Assembly (NCBI GenBank): GCA_049650505.1
Contig: JBASAH010000485.1
Location: 1 to 55,656 of the forward strand
Length of the DNA: 55,656 nt
DNA from: Xanthobacteraceae bacterium
Lineage (GTDB): Bacteria; Pseudomonadota; Alphaproteobacteria; Rhizobiales; Xanthobacteraceae
Direction: 5' to 3'
Numbering within the stretch: the first letter of the stretch is position 1; every line of letters starts with the position of its first letter. Below, piece by piece: positions 26,689-37,706 of the stretch. Below the pieces are notes generated by a model. It searched no databases and was not told the DNA's origin. It saw only the letters and a program-made list of their open reading frames with translations. The position numbers were made by a program, and so were the translations under genes.

Positions 26689-27084
26689 CTAACGCGCCGC
26701 GCCGACGCGGTCTTCATTTGGCAGCCCGCGCGGCACGTGTCGGCGCAAGATTCTCGATTGGCTCTTTCGCAGCAGTGCTATTGCGGAATTTGCAATCGAA
26801 GTCGGGTTGCCGTCGCCAAGCTTGAGGATCGCCATCAAGCAGCGCGCCAGCTCGGCTTGGCGCTCAAACGCTTCCAGCATGCAAAGCGTCGGATCGAATT
26901 CAACAAAGGTCCACGCCTTTGCGAAGGCCTTGCTCAAAATCTCGGTTTCGGCGGAATCGAAGACGCTGCGCTCGAATTCGAGCGAACTCACGGCTTCTCC
27001 AGCGGGCATAGCTTCGCGAACCGCGGCTTTTCGAGAACTAACTTCGGGAGACACGGCGCGGGCAGGCGTCATGAGGCGCTCCAT
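26689..27084 (-). CDS. Hypothetical protein (131 aa)
   Basis: The ORF shows coding-like composition and is co-directional and adjacent to the 74-aa ORF and the ADH gene. I recognise no motif. Confidence 0.45.
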   Translation of the reverse strand: MERLMTPARAVSPEVSSRKAAVREAMPAGEAVSSLEFERSVFDSAETEILSKAFAKAWTFVEFDPTLCMLEAFERQAELARCLMAILKLGDGNPTSIANSAIALLRKSQSRILRRHVPRGLPNEDRVGAAR

Positions 27085-27188
27085 CGTGCCTTCATCCCCC
27101 GCCAGCAGGGCTGAACATTATCGGCAATGCAATAGTCTGTCACCTGAGTCACATTCAATTTTTGTGTAAATCCTTCGCGATTGCCGGT

Positions 27189-27947
27189 TCACGCGGATAA
27201 TCGTTTGTCTCTCAAAGACCTGGCCGAACGCGCCGCCGCCACGATGGCGGCAATGCTGTCGCTCAGACGGCGTGCGCTAGCCTCGAAAGACGGCAGCCGC
27301 GGCGTCACCGCTTCGTGCAGCCGACTCACCGCGTCGGGACCGAGCGTGCGCTCAAGTCCGGCGCGGTATTCTGGAATATCGCTCCACTCCGCGACGGTCG
27401 AAGCGGTGATCTCAACATGATATTGCAGCCCATAGGCATGCGCGCCACAGCGAAACGCTTGGACGGCGCACAATGAATTCTCGGCGAGTATTTCGGCGTC
27501 ATCCGGCAGCCGCGATACTTGCGCGCCGTGCCATTGAAATGTTTCCACGCGAGCGGCGAAGCCGGCAAATAGCCGATCTTGCCGACCCGCCTTCGTCAAT
27601 ACGACTTCGCTGAGACCGATTTCCTGTTGATTCATCAGCTCAACCGCGCCGCCGAGCGCTGCCGCCAGCAATTGATGTCCCAGACATATTCCAAGGAAAG
27701 GACGACCGAGGTCTTTCACCCAATAGCGGATCGCGGCCTTCTCGGGTCCCAGCCAGGGATAAACGTCCTCCTGCCAGACGTCCATCGGGCCGCCCAACAC
27801 GACCAGCAGATCGAAATCGTTCAAGTCGGGAATGACCTGGCCTCCATCCAGTTCGATGGTGCGCCATTCATCGCCGTTTTCGCGCCAGAGCTGACGAAAA
27901 AAACCGGGATGTTCTACCGGAACGTGTTGGAAGACCAGAATCCGCAT
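27189..27947 (-). CDS. Class I glutamine amidotransferase-like protein (GMP synthase N-terminal domain-like)
   Basis: Reads MRILVFQHVPVEHPG...LLVVLGGPM...PFLGICLGHQLLA...YGLQYHVE, which gives the Cys-His-Glu triad context. The ATG at 27947 is chosen. Confidence 0.82.
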   Translation of the reverse strand: MRILVFQHVPVEHPGFFRQLWRENGDEWRTIELDGGQVIPDLNDFDLLVVLGGPMDVWQEDVYPWLGPEKAAIRYWVKDLGRPFLGICLGHQLLAAALGGAVELMNQQEIGLSEVVLTKAGRQDRLFAGFAARVETFQWHGAQVSRLPDDAEILAENSLCAVQAFRCGAHAYGLQYHVEITASTVAEWSDIPEYRAGLERTLGPDAVSRLHEAVTPRLPSFEASARRLSDSIAAIVAAARSARSLRDKRLSA

Positions 27948-28048
27948 GGCATGTCTCGAGCGCAGGTTTGCTCGCGAAGCACTAGCATGAAATAGGCCCC
28001 GGTTCCTGTGTTGATGCGGAATTTGAAAACGCGCGATCAGCGAACCGA

Positions 28049-28729
28049 CTAGTCCGATTCTACCAGCTCGCGCAAAGCCTCCGGACTGCGAATGATAGTC
28101 CAGCGATTCTTCAATTCGATGATGCCCTGGCGTTGCCACTCACGCAGGCATCGATTTACTTTTTCTCTTGTCCCCCCGGCCATCTCGGCTAATTCGCTCT
28201 GCGACAGCGATAGTTTCATTCCCGCGCGAACTTCGGGTTCGTAGTTGAGCAATGTCTTGGCAAGGCGCACGGGCAAATTGAAGAAGGCGATATCCGCCAT
28301 ACGCTCGTCCGAACGACGGATCCGAGCGCAAAGCATTTCCATCAGCTTCGTGCACGCGGCCGGATTACGCTCGAGGAAAGGCAGTAGGTCTCGTCGTTCC
28401 AAAACCATAAGCTCGCAATTGGTGAGCGCCGTTACATTGGCTGAGCGCGGCTTGCCGTCCAGGAGCGCGATCTCGCCAAAGAGTTCTCCGGACCGCAGAT
28501 CCACAAGAATAACCTCCTTGCCCCTGGTGGTCGGAAGCGAGATGCGCACCGAGCCGACCACCACCGCCATCATGCTGTCGCCGTGGTCGCCAAGGCGGCA
28601 TATCGATTCACCAGATGTGAAGCTACGCCGTTTGGCATAAGCCGCGATATCGCGACGCGCCTTTTCGTCAAGCGAACTGAAAAGCGCGCACTTTTCTAGT
28701 AATTTACGGCCGTGATCGGTGGGGTTCAT
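28049..28729 (-). CDS. Crp/Fnr-family transcriptional regulator
   Basis: The cNMP-binding domain reads LFSSLDEKARRDIA...GELFGEIALLDGKPRSANVTA and the C-terminal HTH reads LSQSELAEMAGGTREKVNRCLREW. The ATG at 28729 is chosen. Confidence 0.85.
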   Translation of the reverse strand: MNPTDHGRKLLEKCALFSSLDEKARRDIAAYAKRRSFTSGESICRLGDHGDSMMAVVVGSVRISLPTTRGKEVILVDLRSGELFGEIALLDGKPRSANVTALTNCELMVLERRDLLPFLERNPAACTKLMEMLCARIRRSDERMADIAFFNLPVRLAKTLLNYEPEVRAGMKLSLSQSELAEMAGGTREKVNRCLREWQRQGIIELKNRWTIIRSPEALRELVESD

Positions 28730-28809
28730 ATTGGCCAGGCAAAGATGATGATTAGATCGCAAGTATAGATCGAAATGAGCCAAGAGGGGCCTAGACCAAG
28801 GAGACCTCC

Positions 28810-29232
28810 ATGATCCGCAAGGCAAAAGCAGTTTGGCGCGGCACTGGCCGCGCGGGCAATGGTAATCTGTCGACCGATTCAGGGGTGCTCGCCGAAACCC
28901 CTTACTCCTACAAGACCCGTTTTGAAAACGAAAAGGGTACAAACCCGGAAGAGCTGATCGCCGCCGCGCATGCTGGCTGTTTCACCATGGCGCTGGCGTT
29001 TCAATTGCAGGGCGCCGGCTACACGCCCACGCAACTGAGCACCGAGGCGGCCGTCACTCTCGAACCGGAAGGCCAAGGTTTCCGTATCAGCAGGTCCGCG
29101 CTGACATTGCGTGCCAGCGTGCCAAATCTTGACGAAGCCAAGTTTAGAGAGCTGGCCGGCACTGCCGAAAAAACGTGTCCGGTATCGAAAGTTCTCAATG
29201 CGCAAATTACATTGGACGCCAAGCTGGAATAA
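28810..29232 (+). CDS. osmC: OsmC-family peroxiredoxin
   Basis: Reads MIRKAKAVWRGTGRAGNGNLSTDSGVL...NPEELIAAAHAGCFTMA...AEKTCPVSKVL, which includes the two conserved Cys contexts. GGAGAC sits upstream of the ATG. Confidence 0.92.
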   Translation: MIRKAKAVWRGTGRAGNGNLSTDSGVLAETPYSYKTRFENEKGTNPEELIAAAHAGCFTMALAFQLQGAGYTPTQLSTEAAVTLEPEGQGFRISRSALTLRASVPNLDEAKFRELAGTAEKTCPVSKVLNAQITLDAKLE

Positions 29233-29309
29233 AATCTCTTGACGGACCGTAAGTACCCATCAGCGTAACCTTCGATTGCGCAATTGAACCGCCGGAAACT
29301 CGCAGTCTG

Positions 29310-29834
29310 TTATTCGCCTCTGGCTGCGCGTGTCGCCTCAAACAGAAACCACGTACGGCGTTCTGCCTCGTCAATCCAATTTTCCAGAAGGCTCGCCGTC
29401 GCGACGTCGCCGTGCTCATCGCAAAGATCATGCGTTTCACGCATCCTCGTGGTGAGATCCTTGTTATCCTCGCGTAGCTCAGCAAGCATATCCATCGGCG
29501 TGACGAAATCCGCGTCATTGTCCTTTATGCGTTGCAAGCGGGTGATCTGGCCAATCGACCGCATTGTTGTGCCGCCCAGCTTGCGGATGCGTTCGGCTAT
29601 CGGATCAGTTGTAGCAAAAATCTGATCGCCGTGCTCATCCAACAGCAAATGATAATCTCTAAAATGCGGGCCTGATACATGCCAATGGAAATTTTTCGTT
29701 TTCAGGTAAAGCCCAAACATATCCGCAAGCAGAATGTTGAGCGCACCTGCGATGTCGCGCACGGCGTTCGGTTGCAAATCCGTCGGCGTGGCAAGCGGAG
29801 CAATTCGCAGTGACTTAGCTTCTCGAGCCGTCAT
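29310..29834 (-). CDS. dps: Dps-family DNA-protection/ferritin-like protein
   Basis: Reads LNILLADMFGLYLKTKNFHWHVSGPHFRDYHLLLDEH...IAERIRKLGG, the canonical Dps ferroxidase-site pattern. Confidence 0.92.
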   Translation of the reverse strand: MTAREAKSLRIAPLATPTDLQPNAVRDIAGALNILLADMFGLYLKTKNFHWHVSGPHFRDYHLLLDEHGDQIFATTDPIAERIRKLGGTTMRSIGQITRLQRIKDNDADFVTPMDMLAELREDNKDLTTRMRETHDLCDEHGDVATASLLENWIDEAERRTWFLFEATRAARGE

Positions 29835-30100
29835 TTGCAGCCTCCTTCGAGTATTTCAACGAGATACTGAAACTCTGCGCGCAGCAGCGCTTACGCGACA
29901 ACAAGGCCAGCGAAGATCAGTTGCGTCTCACGCAACGCGTAGTTTAATAGAACTCCTGGTTCTGCCAATTTGCAAGTGCTCCGCGATTGAGCGGCGGAGA
30001 GCGACATGTTTGCTAAAGTGCGACAGCGTCCTTACCTCTCGTTGCGGCAGGCTTACTCTCATAGCCGGCAAATGCGCGAACTTATGTCAGGAGTATTCTG

Positions 30101-31225
30101 ATGGCTCGCCGCGACAATTTATTTGCTAAGGCGATTCCACTAGGTGCCTACATTTTCATCATCTGTTCTCGCGTGGCTGCCGCGCAGGGCGCGCCGCCGC
30201 CGCCAGCAGTTACCGTGGCCCCGGTGATAAGCCGGCAGGTAACCGCGACCGGCGATTTCATCGGCCGTGTCGTGGCGATCGACAAAGTTGACATCGTCGC
30301 CCGCGTTTCCGGTTTCATCAAAGAGCGCAATTTTACCGAAGGGCAGCAGGTCAAGACCGGCGATCTGCTGTTTCACATCGAACCCGATATTTATAAAGCA
30401 ACGGTCGACCAGCAGAGCGCCAATGTCGCCAGAGCAAAGGCCACCGAGGTCAATGCCAATCTGCAGCTGCAGCGCGGCCAGGAGCTGGCGCACAACCAAA
30501 ACATCCCGCAATCCACCGTGGATCAACGGGCAGCCGACGAACAGGCGGCGCAAGCCGATGTGCTGCAAGCGCAGGCCCTGCTCGAACAGGCAAAGATCAA
30601 TCTCGGCTACACCGAAATCCGCTCGCCAATCGACGGCCGGATCGGCCTCGCCAATTTCACTGTAGGCAATCTGGTCAGTCCATCATCCGGAACGCTGGCG
30701 ACGATCGTTAGCCAGGATCCGATTTACGTCACATTTCAAGCTAGCGAAGCCGACGTCATCGAATACAAGCACCGGATCGCTGCCTCGCCCGACAAGAACC
30801 CCCATGTCACCATTCATATCAAGCTGCCTGACGGCAGCATGTATCCGCATGCCGGGCGCACCAATCTCCTCGATGTTCAGGTTCAGCCAGACACAGACAC
30901 CATCCTGGTGCGCGCGCAACTGCCAAATCCCGAAGGCATGCTGATCCCCGGCGGAATCGTCGGCGTGTTGGTCGAGCGCGGCGCGCCGCAATCGTCCCTT
31001 ATCATTCCGCAGTCGGCGGTCCAGCTCGACCAGGCCGGTCGCTACGTCATGGTGGTCGGCGAAGACAAAAAGGTCGAACAGCGGCGCGTTGTGACCGGGG
31101 TCGAGCAGGGTCGCGACATCGTCGTGACGCAAGGCTTGAAAGAGGGAGACCTCGTCATCGTCGAGGGCATCCAAAAGGTTCATCCCGGTCAAGTGGTTTC
31201 GACTAGCGTTACTGCGGTAAACTGA
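30101..31225 (+). CDS. RND efflux periplasmic adaptor (membrane fusion protein)
   Basis: It has an AGGAG RBS, a signal/anchor segment, a coiled-coil hairpin region ([32 protein letters not shown]), and lies immediately upstream of the RND pump gene. Confidence 0.9.
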   Translation: MARRDNLFAKAIPLGAYIFIICSRVAAAQGAPPPPAVTVAPVISRQVTATGDFIGRVVAIDKVDIVARVSGFIKERNFTEGQQVKTGDLLFHIEPDIYKATVDQQSANVARAKATEVNANLQLQRGQELAHNQNIPQSTVDQRAADEQAAQADVLQAQALLEQAKINLGYTEIRSPIDGRIGLANFTVGNLVSPSSGTLATIVSQDPIYVTFQASEADVIEYKHRIAASPDKNPHVTIHIKLPDGSMYPHAGRTNLLDVQVQPDTDTILVRAQLPNPEGMLIPGGIVGVLVERGAPQSSLIIPQSAVQLDQAGRYVMVVGEDKKVEQRRVVTGVEQGRDIVVTQGLKEGDLVIVEGIQKVHPGQVVSTSVTAVN

Positions 31226-31230
31226 CACCG

Positions 31231-34200
31231 ATGTTTTCCGCCATTTTTATCGATCGGCCGCGATTCGCGATTGTCATCGCGATATTGATCACGCTCGCCG
31301 GTGCGATCGCCGTCGCGGCCATTCCGATTGCGCAGTTTCCAGACATTATACCGCCGCAAGTCACGCTCACCGCCAATTATCCCGGCGCCGATGCCGAAGT
31401 TGTCGAGACCACGGTCGCGCAACCGATTGAGGAGCAGATCAACGGTGTCGATAACGCCATCTATTATCAATCGGCGAGCGGGTCTGATGGCAGCTACACG
31501 CTGAATGTGACCTTTTCGCTGGGCACCGATCCAGACATCGATACAGTGAACGTGCAAAACCGCGCCAGCTTGGCCATTCCGCAGCTTCCGCAGGAAGTAT
31601 CCCGAGCCGGTTTGACGGTACGCAAGAAATCGGCGGCGCTGCTTCAGGTCCTCAATATCTACTCGCCAAAGAACACGTATGACGCCATCTATCTGAGCAA
31701 CTATGCGACCATCAACATTATCGACACGGTGGCGCGGATTAAAGGCGTTGGTCAGGTAACGTTGTTTGGTCCACTCGATTATTCGTTGCGGATTTGGCTC
31801 GATCCGGATCGGCTGACCGAACTTAACCTAACCCCGAACGACGTCATCCAGGCGGTGCAAAATCAGAACGTCCAGGCGGCACTCGGCCGCATTGGCGCTG
31901 CACCGGTTGCAAGCGACCAGCAGGTTCAGATCAATATCAAAACCAAAGGCCGGCTGACCCAGCCGCAGGAGTTTGCCGGCATCGTGCTGCGCGCCAATCC
32001 TGACGGATCGGTCGTTCGCATTAGCGATGTTGCACGCGTCGAAATGGGCGCAAAAAGCCAGGACCGTTACAGCCGTTTTAACGGCGCTCCAGCGGCTGCG
32101 ATTGGCATCTATCAATCCCCCGGATCCAATGCCGTCGATGTCGCGAAGCAAGTCCGCGACACGATGAATACGCTGGCAACGCGTTTTCCCGCCGATTTGA
32201 ACTACGCGGTCTTCTGGGACAGTACCGTGTTTGTCACCTCCACTATGATCGAAGTCATCCGCACCCTCGTTGTTGCTATAGTCCTGGTTGCCCTTGTTGT
32301 TTTCCTGTTCCTCGGCAAACTGCGAACAACGCTCATTCCGTTAGCCGCCGTACCGGTGTCCGTCATCGGCACTTTTGCGGTGCTTCTGTTGATCGGATAT
32401 TCGGCCAATACCATCTCGTTATTAGCACTCGTGCTGGCCATCGGCATCGTTGTCGATGACGCGATTGTCGTCGTTGAAAATATCGAGCGGGTGATCGAGC
32501 AAGAGCCCAACCTTTCCATACCCGATGCTTGTAAAAAGGCGATGAGCGAGATCACCGGTCCCATCCTCGCTATCACTTTCGTATTGCTGTCGGTCTTTGT
32601 TCCGGTGGCGTTCATCCCCGGGATCAGCGGGCAATTGTTTCGTCAATTCGCCGTTGCCGTATCGGTTTCGATGCTGATCTCGGCGCTCAACGCGCTCACT
32701 TTGAGTCCTGCATTATGTGGGGTGCTGCTAAAGCGCGGTCACACCAGTCGAGGCGCCATGCGCTATGTGCTGAGCGCGATCGATCGAACGCGCGATGGCT
32801 ATGTGGCGACTGTCCGCAAACTGATGCGCATGACCGCGGTTTCGGTTGTCGTCGTCGCGGGGGCAATAGCCGCGTCGGTCCTTATATTTTACGTGACGCC
32901 GCAAAGTTTTCTGCCGGACGAGGACCAAGGCGCAATCTTTGCCGCGCTGCGGTTGCCGGAAGGCGCATCAGTCAACCGCACCGAGGCGGTGGTCAAGCAG
33001 GTCGAAGATATTGTCAGACCCATTCCCGGCGTCGAAGGCGTGTTGTCCGTGGTAGGGCTGAATTTCATCGATTATGTTGCGTCTTCAAATCAGGGATTCT
33101 TCGTCATCCGGCTCAAGCCGTACGAACTGCGTACCGATCCTGCGCAAAGCGCCAGCGCAATCGTAGGACGATTGCGCCCTCTATTGGCAGCGATCCCCGG
33201 CGCCATCGCCTTTCCGTTTAACCTGCCGCCGATTATCGGCTTGGGAAACACCGGCGGTTTCCAATACGTCTTGGAAGCACTGCAAGGGCAGACTCCCACC
33301 GACCTCGCAGCAGTGTTACGCGGGTTGCTCGTGACGGCCAATAGCCAGCCCGAGCTCGCTGGCGTATTCAGCACTTATGCTGCCGACACGCCGCAAATTT
33401 TTCTCGACATCGATCGCGACAAGGCACAGGTGCTGAGTGTCAGGATCAGCGACATCTTTAACGCCCTACAGTCGACACTGGGTAGCTACTACATCAACGA
33501 CTTCAACGTTTTCGGGCGAACCTGGCAGGTCAATCTGCAGGCGGAAACGTCGTTTCGCAAACGGATCGACGAAATTCAAAACATTTACGTGCGGAATGCA
33601 CGCGGTGGCATGGTGCCTATGCGTGCGCTGGCCGAAGCCAAGCTCGTGCAAGGGCCGCAGACCGTGGTTCGCTACAACGGCTACCGCGCTGCGATCGTGA
33701 ACGGCGCACCCAAGCCCGGCTATAGTTCCGGCCAGGGACTCGCAGCCATGGAACGGATTTCCGCCGCGACGCTGCCACCCGGATACAGCTTTGAATGGAC
33801 TGGGACTGCCTTCCAGGAAAAAGCAGCGGGGGGACGCACGATAATCGTGCTTGGGCTTGCCATGCTGTTCGCCTATTTGTTTCTAGTCGCGCTCTATGAA
33901 AGCTGGAACATTCCGGTTCCCGCACTGCTGTCGGTCAGCGTTGCAATTTTAGGAGCGCTCGTGGCGGTAGCGATCTCTGGGTTGAGCTTCGACATATATG
34001 CGCAGATCGGTCTGGTGGCGCTCATCGCACTTGCCGCCAAGAACGGCATTTTGATTGTGGCATTCGCGGTAGAGCAGCGGCGGCTCGGCAAAGACATTTA
34101 TACAGCGGCCATCGAAGCGGCAGGTTTACGTTTTCGTCCAGTGATGATGACGAGCTTTGCCTTCATCTTTGGGCTGTTTCCGCTTGTCATCGCACGCGGG

Positions 34201-34329
34201 GCTGGCGCCGCTACACGCCACGCAGTGGGCACACCGGTTTTCGGCGGCATGATCGCGGCATCAATCTTCGGCATTTTCGTTATTCCGCTGCTGTTCGTCA
34301 TCGCGGAACGATTGCGCTATCGCAAGTAA
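31231..34329 (+). CDS. RND-family efflux permease (AcrB/MexB-like)
   Basis: The 1032-aa product starts [20 protein letters not shown] and has the 12-TM architecture with two large periplasmic loops. Confidence 0.93.
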   Translation: MFSAIFIDRPRFAIVIAILITLAGAIAVAAIPIAQFPDIIPPQVTLTANYPGADAEVVETTVAQPIEEQINGVDNAIYYQSASGSDGSYTLNVTFSLGTDPDIDTVNVQNRASLAIPQLPQEVSRAGLTVRKKSAALLQVLNIYSPKNTYDAIYLSNYATINIIDTVARIKGVGQVTLFGPLDYSLRIWLDPDRLTELNLTPNDVIQAVQNQNVQAALGRIGAAPVASDQQVQINIKTKGRLTQPQEFAGIVLRANPDGSVVRISDVARVEMGAKSQDRYSRFNGAPAAAIGIYQSPGSNAVDVAKQVRDTMNTLATRFPADLNYAVFWDSTVFVTSTMIEVIRTLVVAIVLVALVVFLFLGKLRTTLIPLAAVPVSVIGTFAVLLLIGYSANTISLLALVLAIGIVVDDAIVVVENIERVIEQEPNLSIPDACKKAMSEITGPILAITFVLLSVFVPVAFIPGISGQLFRQFAVAVSVSMLISALNALTLSPALCGVLLKRGHTSRGAMRYVLSAIDRTRDGYVATVRKLMRMTAVSVVVVAGAIAASVLIFYVTPQSFLPDEDQGAIFAALRLPEGASVNRTEAVVKQVEDIVRPIPGVEGVLSVVGLNFIDYVASSNQGFFVIRLKPYELRTDPAQSASAIVGRLRPLLAAIPGAIAFPFNLPPIIGLGNTGGFQYVLEALQGQTPTDLAAVLRGLLVTANSQPELAGVFSTYAADTPQIFLDIDRDKAQVLSVRISDIFNALQSTLGSYYINDFNVFGRTWQVNLQAETSFRKRIDEIQNIYVRNARGGMVPMRALAEAKLVQGPQTVVRYNGYRAAIVNGAPKPGYSSGQGLAAMERISAATLPPGYSFEWTGTAFQEKAAGGRTIIVLGLAMLFAYLFLVALYESWNIPVPALLSVSVAILGALVAVAISGLSFDIYAQIGLVALIALAAKNGILIVAFAVEQRRLGKDIYTAAIEAAGLRFRPVMMTSFAFIFGLFPLVIARGAGAATRHAVGTPVFGGMIAASIFGIFVIPLLFVIAERLRYRK

Positions 34330-34412
34330 AGCAAAAAGATTCCTCGGCATGTGAGCTTAAACAGTTAGGCTAGGCTGTTTGGCTGCGCGGAATCCTAAAC
34401 AGCGGAATGGTT

Positions 34413-35168
34413 TTACTGGCCTGCCCGCATCGGAATCCAGTTGAATAGAGCGAGTCCGCCGTCAACTGCAATCGTTGTCCCGGTGACATAACGCGAAAAG
34501 CGATCGCACAAGAGAGCAACCGCCATATCCGCAACGTCTTCCGGTGTACCGGTCCGGCCGAGCGGAATCATCTTCGCGAGCGAGCTAACATCGGCGTCGA
34601 ATCCGCCGCCGGGAATTGCGCCTGGAGCTATAGCATTGACGCGAATGCCATCCGCTCCGAGCGCGCGCGCCAGTTCTTTCACCAGCATGGTCTGACCCGC
34701 TTTGGTGGCGCTGTAATGCGGCAGATTGCGCGGCGTATAGGCGTGCAGCGAAGTTATAAAAAGCATCCGCCCTCTGATCTGGCCCGCTTTCATGTGGGCG
34801 CCCACGGCTTGACCGAGTACGAACCCGGCGCGAAGACCGACCGTGATCATCGAATCCCATTGAGCCTCCGTCACAGCCAAGGCGGCGTCGCTCTCGTAAC
34901 GCTTTGGCGATGCGCTATGCACAAAAATTGAAATCGACCCGAGCGTTTTTACTGCAGTCTCGAACAGCCGACGCGCCGCAGCCGGATCGGCAAGATCGGC
35001 GGCAATAAAGGCGGCGTTTAATTCACGCGACAGCGCGGCCCCGGCTTGCTCGGTAACGTCGCTCAAGACCAGTCGAACTCCCTCCGCGGCAAGCGCCTTC
35101 GCTATACCGCGCCCAATCCCCGACGCTGCGCCGGTGACCAGCGCAGTGTCGCCCTCAAGTAATCCCAT
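34413..35168 (-). CDS. SDR-family oxidoreductase
   Basis: Reads ALVTGAASGIGRGIAKAL...YSATKAG...(YxxxK). The ATG at 35168 is preceded by GGAGG. Confidence 0.88.
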   Translation of the reverse strand: MGLLEGDTALVTGAASGIGRGIAKALAAEGVRLVLSDVTEQAGAALSRELNAAFIAADLADPAAARRLFETAVKTLGSISIFVHSASPKRYESDAALAVTEAQWDSMITVGLRAGFVLGQAVGAHMKAGQIRGRMLFITSLHAYTPRNLPHYSATKAGQTMLVKELARALGADGIRVNAIAPGAIPGGGFDADVSSLAKMIPLGRTGTPEDVADMAVALLCDRFSRYVTGTTIAVDGGLALFNWIPMRAGQ

Positions 35169-35297
35169 GTCACGCCTCCGCTCGGCCGAGTAGTCACTTC
35201 CGATTCTTATCCTACCAAGTGATCGGACCGGATGGCTGCTACAACATCCCGCGCGCAAATCAAAATTGATTTGAACAAAAGATACAGCGCGGTGTTT

Positions 35298-36110
35298 TCA
35301 CGAATGCAGCAGTAACCAAGCTCCCATGGCAATGAAGGCGACGCCGGCAACGCGCGATACCGATTTACCGAAAGGCACCGTTTTCTCAAATAAGACCAGC
35401 ATCGCTAGCGCGGCGATCCAAAGCAGATTCATGACGCCGCCGACAAACAGCAGCAGCATAAACGCCCAACAGCAGCCGATGCAGTACAGGCCATGGCGAA
35501 AACCAAGCGTTAATGCGCCGGTTGCTTCACGGCGAAATCCGCCATGGCGCATAATGAAGGTGAGCGGCGCCTGGCAATAAGAGAGGCACGCCTCCTTGAC
35601 CGGTGTCCATTGATAAACCCCGGCGGCAATTAGCACGACACCACCAAGCACATTACTCGCGCTTTCCATCATCGGAGTGAGCAGTGCGGCACGCTGCAAA
35701 GCCCATTGCGCGAAAGTCGCCGCCAGCGAAAATGCCGTCCATGCCACGAGATAACCGGCCGCGAACCATGCGCTTGCCGCAAACGGCTGGCCGCTCATAT
35801 CAGCCTGCTTGCCAACGCGCGCGTAGATGAGAATCATCGGCGCCACTGATGGCGTCATCATACCGATCATCATCACGGCCCACATCGCGAACACGTAGGC
35901 AAATTCGATCGGCTGCCACGGCGCCCCGGCCGGCATCATTAGTCCTTGGCCGGCTGGAATCATGCGAAACCCGGACATATCCATGCCGCCCATCGCCATG
36001 TCGTCGGCGAGCCAGGCGAGGTCCATCCAGGCGAGCGCGGTAAGTATCGCAAGCGCAGCGATGACGACTGCGCGTTCGCGCCGCAGCACCGCTTCAAACG
36101 CGCCGCCCAT
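35298..36110 (-). CDS. DUF2182-like polytopic membrane protein (Met-rich N-terminal region)
   Basis: The N-terminal region reads LADDMAMGGMDMSGFRMIPAGQGLMMPAG and is followed by several TM helices. It lies 6 nt downstream of the DUF1326-like gene, a pairing I recall as conserved. Confidence 0.7.
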   Translation of the reverse strand: MGGAFEAVLRRERAVVIAALAILTALAWMDLAWLADDMAMGGMDMSGFRMIPAGQGLMMPAGAPWQPIEFAYVFAMWAVMMIGMMTPSVAPMILIYARVGKQADMSGQPFAASAWFAAGYLVAWTAFSLAATFAQWALQRAALLTPMMESASNVLGGVVLIAAGVYQWTPVKEACLSYCQAPLTFIMRHGGFRREATGALTLGFRHGLYCIGCCWAFMLLLFVGGVMNLLWIAALAMLVLFEKTVPFGKSVSRVAGVAFIAMGAWLLLHS

Positions 36111-36116
36111 CTCAGG

Positions 36117-36752
36117 TCAGCGCAAGATGCCGCTTTGACAGAGATTGACGTGCGCGAACTGCGCGTAGGAATCGGCGAGCGTGAATTGCATCGGACGCGC
36201 GACCTTGGTCCAGCCGCGCCCAATCTCGGCAAGCGAATATTCGAACCCATCAGGAATATCGATACGGGCACGATGCGCGACGCCCGTCACGGGATTCTTG
36301 ATCGGCTCGCCACGGCCTTCGGTTATTCCACGCACAACCAGCCGACCTTTGCGGGCGTCAATGTCCACCTCAAAATCGATGGGAGCGAAGATTGGTTCAT
36401 GCAATTTCTCGAAAGTCGTGGAGAATACCTGGAAGATCGTAGCGCCAGGCTCGGTGTCTTGTCCGGTGACAATACGCAGCAATGCCGCGCGCTGCGCCTC
36501 GTTTGCCCGTTCGTCGATGACGACCGCCGCCTCCCCCTTACCCTCGTGGATCGCCCCCGGCCAGCGGAAGATGCCGACGAATCGTAAGCCGTCGAGTCGC
36601 GTGTCGCCGTGGCGGCCTTCGTCGATTTGCATGCCCGCGACGGCCTGGCAGTCGCCATAGGTCGGCAGCCCGTTGAATTGGCACGGGCAGCCGTAGCTGC
36701 AATTGCAATTTACGAACTCGCGCGCCTTGATGCTCCATTTCACGTCCGTCAT
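36117..36752 (-). CDS. DUF1326-like Cys-rich protein
   Basis: Reads MTDVKWSIKAREFVNCNCSYGCPCQFNGLPTYGDCQAV, which has the CNCxxxCPC motif I associate with DUF1326. Confidence 0.7.
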   Translation of the reverse strand: MTDVKWSIKAREFVNCNCSYGCPCQFNGLPTYGDCQAVAGMQIDEGRHGDTRLDGLRFVGIFRWPGAIHEGKGEAAVVIDERANEAQRAALLRIVTGQDTEPGATIFQVFSTTFEKLHEPIFAPIDFEVDIDARKGRLVVRGITEGRGEPIKNPVTGVAHRARIDIPDGFEYSLAEIGRGWTKVARPMQFTLADSYAQFAHVNLCQSGILR

Positions 36753-36860
36753 GGGAACCCTCCCCGAGCGCCGCTACAAGATCATTTGACTGGCATTGCA
36801 GCCGAGGCCGCCGCTTCTGCTCACGGGAGTATACAATAGATTTTACGGCAAGTTTGAACT

Positions 36861-37397
36861 TCAAAGATCTGCCGGATAGATCAATACGTCATCTGGCCCC
36901 GGTTTCGCGCCTTCCGTGATACGCGCCTGCTCAATGTCATCTGGGCCGAGAATGTGAAAGACCGCGTTACCGGCAGCGATCAGATAATCCGAAATGACCC
37001 GCCGGTGACAGCGCCACCAAAGAGTCTCGGCGCACATGATTGCGCATCGCTTCGTGTCACCCAGCGCTCGTAATTTTCGCAGGCCAGACTGAAACTCCCG
37101 ACCCATCGCATAATCTGCGTAATTGTGAAAACTCCGGTTTTGCCAGAACGCGTTGACGGCGACCGGTACATCTTTCTGTTTGCTACGTAGTCCACGGAGC
37201 TCAGGGATGTACTGATATTCGATGCCAGTGGTACTAAGCGATCCAACCAGGGGTTCGCGATTGAATTGGGGATTGGTTTTTGAGCGTGGAACGCTGCGGA
37301 CGTCAGCCACTATCAGGATTTCGACTTGCCTCAACAAGTCTAAAAATGCGCCGATTGGCCGAGTCGCATGTCCAACGGTAAAAAAGACGTTGCGCAT
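36861..37397 (-). CDS. DUF488-family protein
   Basis: Reads FFTVGHATRPIGAFLDLL...IVADVRSVPRS...IMCAETLWWRCHRRVISDYL, the typical DUF488 pattern. Confidence 0.8.
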   Translation of the reverse strand: MRNVFFTVGHATRPIGAFLDLLRQVEILIVADVRSVPRSKTNPQFNREPLVGSLSTTGIEYQYIPELRGLRSKQKDVPVAVNAFWQNRSFHNYADYAMGREFQSGLRKLRALGDTKRCAIMCAETLWWRCHRRVISDYLIAAGNAVFHILGPDDIEQARITEGAKPGPDDVLIYPADL

Positions 37398-37504
37398 GCC
37401 TCTTCTAATATAGAATGTATCATTGTCTGTTCGATTGGACTCGTCAGGCAGTCTGTTTCACGATACTATTACGCAGTGGCACCATAGGCGTAAGGGATGG
37501 TTCC

Positions 37505-37666
37505 ATGGATAGGGATGTTACTGACCGGACCGAAACCGAAGAGGACATGCTTATCCTCGATGTTTCGGACGACGCGCTGGAGCGCACCGCAATTATTGAC
37601 CAAGGAAAAACGCTTACTTGGGCATATTGCACCCACGTTTGGTACGACTGTGGGTGGCCCCAGTAA
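37505..37666 (+). CDS. 53-aa peptide with an acidic leader-like N-terminus and a Trp/Cys-rich C-terminus
   Basis: Reads MDRDVTDRTETEEDMLILDVSDDALERTAIIDQGKTLTWAYCTHVWYDCGWPQ. An AAGGGATGG RBS lies before the ATG at 37505, and a dedicated terminator follows. Local GC is visibly lower than in the neighbouring genes. Confidence 0.45.
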   Translation: MDRDVTDRTETEEDMLILDVSDDALERTAIIDQGKTLTWAYCTHVWYDCGWPQ

Positions 37667-37706
37667 GCACTAAGTACATCGGATAGTTGCGCCTTATGGC
37701 TCGGAA

